From Sphaerodactylus townsendi (Eukaryota), in the NCBI RefSeq assembly GCF_021028975.2, contig NC_059438.1, positions 25,172,001 through 25,236,000 on the forward strand: a stretch of DNA of 64,000 bases, read 5' to 3'. Shown here in pieces: positions 59,301 through 64,000 of this stretch (positions within the stretch are counted from its first letter, which is position 1; every line of letters begins with the position of its first letter). The position numbers and the translations under genes are program-made. Below the pieces are notes generated by a model. That model had not been told where the DNA came from, did not search any database, and worked only from the letters and a program-made list of their open reading frames with translations.

Positions 59301-62300
59301 TGCTCTATCAAGCCGGGAATTTGAGCTGGAATACCCATTGGGTTTGTTTTCCATTAACTTCAGAAACTGTGTGCTGAAGAGCAGAGTGCTCCTTGAGCTG
59401 CGTCTTCCTTCGTTAACACAGTTGTGCCAGGAGATAAATTCTTTGGTTTGACGTCTGCAATGGTGGCTGTCTCTTGCTCCATCTTGTGTGGGCCCATGTA
59501 ATTTTCCACCCCTGTGCCCCAAACTACATGGGCACACTGGAGTTGCTACCAGCAAACCCTCCAAACGGTTGACTGAGTCGTGGCAGGGTGGGGGTGAGAG
59601 TGGCCGACCCCCGTGGGCCGGTGCTGGTTCGTAGCAGCTCCACTCAGCTATTCAGCAGATGCCCTCGTTGTCCTGTTCTTGTTGCGGGGATATGAACGCA
59701 GGTACTGGAAGAGCATCCCTCATTTTTAGTGTCGTCGTTGAGGCTGGATCTCGGATGAACATATTCTATTAGCCAAAGATGCACAAACAATATAATGTGT
59801 TTAATGACTGCATTACTGAAAGAGGGATCTGCCGGGGGTAATTGGAGAAGGAGAGTCTGTCATGAGAACAGGGCGGGGCAGGGCAGGGCAAGGCTGCTAC
59901 AAGCACCTGGCGGCAACCGTCTCAGTCTTAGGAAGCAACTGGGTTCCCCGAGAGGCGCAGGGGACAGTGGTGGGATTTAGCCGGTTTGCACCACTTCGGC
60001 AGAACTGGTTGTTAAAATGGTTCTTGTAAACAACCAGATTGAGGGACTGGAGCACCGTCCTTATGAGGAGAGGCTGCAGCGTTTGGGACTCTTTAGTTTG
60101 GAGAGGAGACGTCTTGAGGGGGGATATGATTGAAGTCTATAAAATTATGCGTGGGGTAGAAAATGTTGACAAAGAGAATTTTTTCTCTCTTTCTCACAAT
60201 ACTAGAACCAGGGGGCATACATTGAAAATGCTGGGGGGAAGAATTAAGACTAATAAAAGGAAACACTTCTTCACACAACATGTGATTGGTGTTTGGAATA
60301 TGCTGCCACAGGAGGTGGTGATGGCTACTAACCTGGAAAGCTTTAAAAGGGGCTTGGACAGATTTATGGAGGAGAAGTCGATCTATGGCTCCCAATCTTG
60401 ATCCTCCTTGATCTGAGGTTGCAAATGCCTTAGCAGACCAGGTGCTTGGGAGCAGCAGCAGAGAAGGCCATTGCTTTCACCTCCTGCACGTGAGCTCCCA
60501 AAGGCACCTGGTGGGCCACTGTGAGTAGCAGAGAGCTGGACTAGATGGACTCTGGTCTGATCCAGCTGGCATGTTCTTATGTTCTTAGTTGTTAAATTAT
60601 TTGAATCCCACCACTGGCGGGGGCCCTTTCCTCTTGAACCCCCAAGGATGCTGCTGCAGCCTCAGTCCAGTCTCTCTCGTGGATGCTTTGGAGAGCAGCA
60701 GCCGAGGCAGATCCTCGTGTCTGAGCTTTGCTTCTTTCCTGTCCGCTCCAGGGCTTGGACTTTGAATCGAGGGATCAGTTTGTGCTGCAGGTTGCCGTCA
60801 CCAACCAAGTGCCCTTTGCCGTGAAGCTCTCCACGTCCCTGGCAACGGTCACCATCGACGTGAGGGATTTGAACGAGGCACCTGTCTTTAATCCTGCAGT
60901 CAGGACGGCAGAGGTCTCAGAGGACGTCCCCCTGGGGCACAGAGTCACGGTGTACACGGCGCAGGACCCAGACCACAGGCAGTCACAGAAGATCAGGTGC
61001 GTCAGTTGTCCTGCGGCTGTTGGGTGGGTGCATGCAGCAAGCTGCTTTCTAGAAGAGAAACCCTAACCCTTGCAGGCCACCCCTCCCTCCCCCTGCCTTC
61101 TCTAGGGTGGGTGGGCCATGTCCAGGTGCCGGGGCCCCTCCCCCTCCCTTGCATGCCACCCCTCCCTCCCTCCCCTCCCTCCCTCCCTTCCCTCTCTCAC
61201 TGGGGTATCATTTGTGAAATCATTCATGCTTTTGCGGGTCATTCACGGGGGCAGGAGCTGCTCAACATCCCACCTTCCGGATTGCCCTTCATCACTCGGT
61301 GTTAAATCCTGAGGAACGGGCTGCAAAGGTGCTGAGTGGGGTGGGCAGGGGGGGTGTAATATGATCTCTTAATGGACTGGCTTAGAAGACGCAAATGGGG
61401 CAGGACTGGAGAGTGTCACGGGATTGAGTTTCGCGACCTCACCTGCAGTCGATCCAGGAGTTAGTTGAATGAAAGAGGACTCTTAGCTGCTCCCTCAGTC
61501 CCAGCCCCCTTTCTGGACACTTCACCGCCTGGCCAGCGAGGGGAGTGTTGTGGGCCCAGCCTCAGGGAAAGAGAAGGGGGAGGCTGAGCAGCGCCCTCGA
61601 CAACAGAAGGTGTTGCTGAGCTGGCGGTCACCTTGGTGGGTGCTGAGGGCCAGGCAAAAAGCAGTTGGGGTGGGTGGGGGGGGTGCATGACCTGATCTGC
61701 GTCATCCAGGACAGTTGCCTGAGGTGGTCACGGATCCCCACTGCCCTCTGCATCACCCGCCCTGTCCAGACCTTGAGATGCCCTTGCTGGAGCTCCGGGG
61801 TTTGTGCACAAAGCCTGTGTGAAACCGCTGGGTTGCCATCCCAGAGAGCTTTGCAATGCGCCAAAATTCTGGGGAAAATGTTTTGCATTTCCTCACGGCT
61901 CAAACCAGCAAATAGTTGCGCACGCTGGGAAGAGGAGGCGGGGTGGGCTGGGTGAGGAGGAAGGGTGGGTCTGGCCTTTCTGGCTTGCCACAAACAACTC
62001 CCCCCCCCCCCCGCATTTTGGAAGGGTACAAGCTCAGGAAGGCTGCGCCCTCATCCCTTCAAAATGTCCATTTGTACACTGGTGGGGGCATCCCTGCGGG
62101 GGCTTCTGGCTGCAGGGGGCCAGTGCCCATCTCCCTCTCGTGGTCTTCTCTGGGGCTTAAGTGTCTCTTTGGGACTCTTTAGTTTGGAGAGGAGGCGGCT
62201 GAGGGGGGATATGATTGAAGTCTACAAAATTATGCATGGGGTAGAAAATGTTGACAGAGAGAAATTTTTCTCTCTTTCTCACAATACTAGAACCAGGGGG

Positions 62301-63873
62301 CATTCATTGAAAATGCTGGGGGGAAGAATTAGAACTAATAAAAGGAAACACTTCTTCACGCAACGTGTGATTGGTGTTTGGAATATGCTGCCACAGGAGG
62401 GGGTGATGGCCACTAACCTGGATAGCTTTAAAAGGGGCTTGGACAGATTTATGGAGGAGAAGTCGATCTATGGCTACCAATCTTGACCCTCCTTGATCTG
62501 AGATTGCAAATGCCTTAGCAGACCAGGTGCTCGGGAGCAGCAGCAGCCGCAGAAGGCCGTTGCTTTCACCTCCTGCACGTGAGCTCCCAAAGGCACCTGG
62601 TGGGCCACTGTGAGTAGCAGAGAGCTGGACTAGATGGACTTTGGTCTGATCCAGCTGGCTTGTTCTTATGTTCTTAAGTGTCTCGCTTCCTTCCAGGTAC
62701 TTCATGGATCACGACCGGGCAGGCTGGCTGGCGATCCACCCTGAAAGTGCCCTCATCACAACCAGGGCCCCCTTGGACCGGGAGTCCCACCATGTGAAGA
62801 ACAACACCTACGAAGCCGTTGTGTTGGCCGTGGATGATGGTAGGGGCTGGGGCCGGGCGTGGGGGGGGGGGGGTTTGCTGTCCTCCACAGGGGTGGGAAT
62901 CAAAAGCCTCATTCTTGGGCAGAGCGTCACCACCCATGTGAGAGGCACATGGCTGCTGAGCTGCCCTCCCTTGCGGGCACATCACAAGGAACCACTTTGC
63001 AGTCTGGTTAAGGAGGGGGAGATAAACTTCCTTCTGTCCTCTCCAAGTCTCTCAGAGACCACACTCTTGGGGGAGGGGGGGGGTTCCCTTGGCTGTCACT
63101 GAGTAAAGGGCCAAAGGGTCCTCCACCTTCTTGTAGCTGGGGGGGTAGCCAGAGGGCTGGCTGGTAGAGCCCCCCCCTTCTCTTCCCCACCACCATTAGA
63201 CCTCTGATGGGAAGGGTGGGTCACAGAGGAGAGGTGGGGCAGCCCCTTGGATTGAGGGAGCCAGAGATGAAAGTCTGTCTGGCTTCTCAGCACTGTGTCT
63301 TTTCTGAGCACCGCATCACGCTCTTCAACGCCCAGAGCAAGAAACTCATCTAAGCCAAGGAAGTCAGAGCGTTCATTGTCACAATTAAGTGTCTCTTACT
63401 TGACTAACAAGTCATGTGCAGTCTGGGTACTCAAAGTGGATGAGAGAAACACAGAGCTGGCGCAATGTGCCCGTTTTGGGCATTTCCTTCTGAGCTCTGG
63501 TTGAGAACAGGACACGATGGGCCGCCTCAGGTTCGAGGCCAGGGAGGTGCGACCCTGCAGCAGGCTGAAGCGCTGCCCTTCGTGCCCGGGGGTCTTGGCA
63601 GTAACCGTGAGGATCCTTCCAGCTCCTTTCTCTCTTTCCCCCAAACAGGCAGCCCTCCAGCCACGGGGACGGGCACCCTCCTGCTGACTTTGCTGGACGT
63701 GAACGACAACAGCCCTGAACTCGACCGCCAGGAGGTCACGGTCTGCAACCGGAACCCCGAGAGACAGTCTCTGCCCATCCGGGACAAGGACCAGCCGCCC
63801 AACACCTCCCCTTTCCACGCAAAGCTCACCAACGGCTCTGATGACAACTGGGCTGTGAAGATGGATGCCAAAG
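46543..63873 (+). CDS. CDH3: Type I classical cadherin, B-cadherin/P-cadherin-like, 3'-partial. Exons 46543-46593, 46727-46841, 50978-51189, 52761-52907, 53317-53472, 53666-53810, 54588-54763, 57581-57709, 58724-58909, 60752-60996, 62697-62839, 63649-63873.
   Basis: Signal peptide [17 protein letters not shown], furin site KRQKR|DWVIPPI, HAV motif, LDRE / DxNDN / AxDxG calcium motifs for EC1-EC5. Exon sizes fit CDH1/CDH3. Sequence recalled as closest to chicken B-cadherin ([37 protein letters not shown]). CDH1 is not fully excluded. Confidence 0.85.
48985..49157 (-). mobile_element. CR1 LINE 3' UTR fragment
   Basis: (TAAGAACA)n followed by the reverse complement of the CR1 3' UTR seen at 62500-62676. 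Confidence 0.85.
49234..49368. mobile_element. Palindromic hAT MITE
   Basis: Hairpin flanked by an 8-bp TSD, TTCTAGGG / TTCTACGG. Confidence 0.85.
52477..52753 (+). mobile_element. tRNA-derived SINE (Squam3-like) abutting cadherin exon 4
   Basis: Head gagagccagcctggtgtcgtggctaagagc, core, and tail ataaatccaactcttcctcttc. Confidence 0.85.
55547..57541. mobile_element. About 2.0 kb non-autonomous hAT-like fold-back element
   Basis: Perfect 8-bp TSD TCCGTCAG at 55539-55546 and 57542-57549. TIRs CAGTGGCGTTCC / CAGGGGGCATTC. Internal ~55640-57445 is an imperfect palindrome centred near 56560. Confidence 0.85.
57815..58206. mobile_element. hAT MITE
   Basis: TIRs CAGTGGTGGGATCCA / TGGATCCCACCTCTG; TSD ATTGAGGG / ATCGAGGG. 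Confidence 0.85.
59965..60616. mobile_element. hAT MITE interrupted by a CR1 insertion
   Basis: TIRs CAGTGGTGGGATT / AATCCCACCACTG; degenerate TSD GCAGGGGA / GCGGGGGC. Confidence 0.8.
60038..60587 (+). mobile_element. 5'-truncated CR1 LINE (ORF2 C-terminus plus 3' UTR)
   Basis: [17 protein letters not shown] / [29 protein letters not shown]; (TGTTCTTA)n tail. Confidence 0.92.
62168..62676 (+). mobile_element. 5'-truncated CR1 LINE
   Basis: [24 protein letters not shown]..; (TGTTCTTA)n tail; TSD CTTAAGTGTCTC at 62156-62167 and 62673-62684. Confidence 0.93.
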
Positions 63874-64000
63874 GTGGGCGGTGCCTGCAGGCGGCCTTCT
63901 GTGGCACGTGCCTCGTTGCCCGCAGTGCCCCTTCCCCTCTGCCAGTGGGCAGGGCTGTGCTGTTCTTTTGGCTGCCTCTCAAGGCATGACTGTACCAGAG

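Overview
Vertebrate genomic DNA, GC-rich and intron-containing. The repeat families point to a squamate reptile, probably a gecko (inference). It carries the conserved block TUBB3(+, exons 2-4; exon 1 lies upstream) - DEF8(+) - DBNDD1(-) - GAS8/DRC4(+) - URAH(-) - CDH3/B-cadherin(+, exons 1-12, continues past the window). Exon chains were built by hand from GT-AG sites and keep frame. Three CpG islands are present: DEF8, head-to-head DBNDD1/GAS8, and URAH/CDH3. Repeats include Penelope-like relics (one carrying a near-intact minimal hammerhead ribozyme), CR1 3' ends, Squam3-like tRNA SINEs, a 5S-derived SINE and hAT MITEs, among them a 2 kb fold-back element. The most notable observations are an intact URAH that appears to lack its PTS2 and lies head-to-head with the epithelial cadherin; three TE insertions against cadherin splice acceptors, one supplying the polypyrimidine tract; an orphan E2F-containing CpG-rich patch where AFG3L1 lies in mammals; RE1/REST and POU motifs in TUBB3 intron 1; and an N-run in TUBB3 of exactly the missing coding length. 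I found no clearly new biological system. Most long ORFs in the track are GC-content artefacts.
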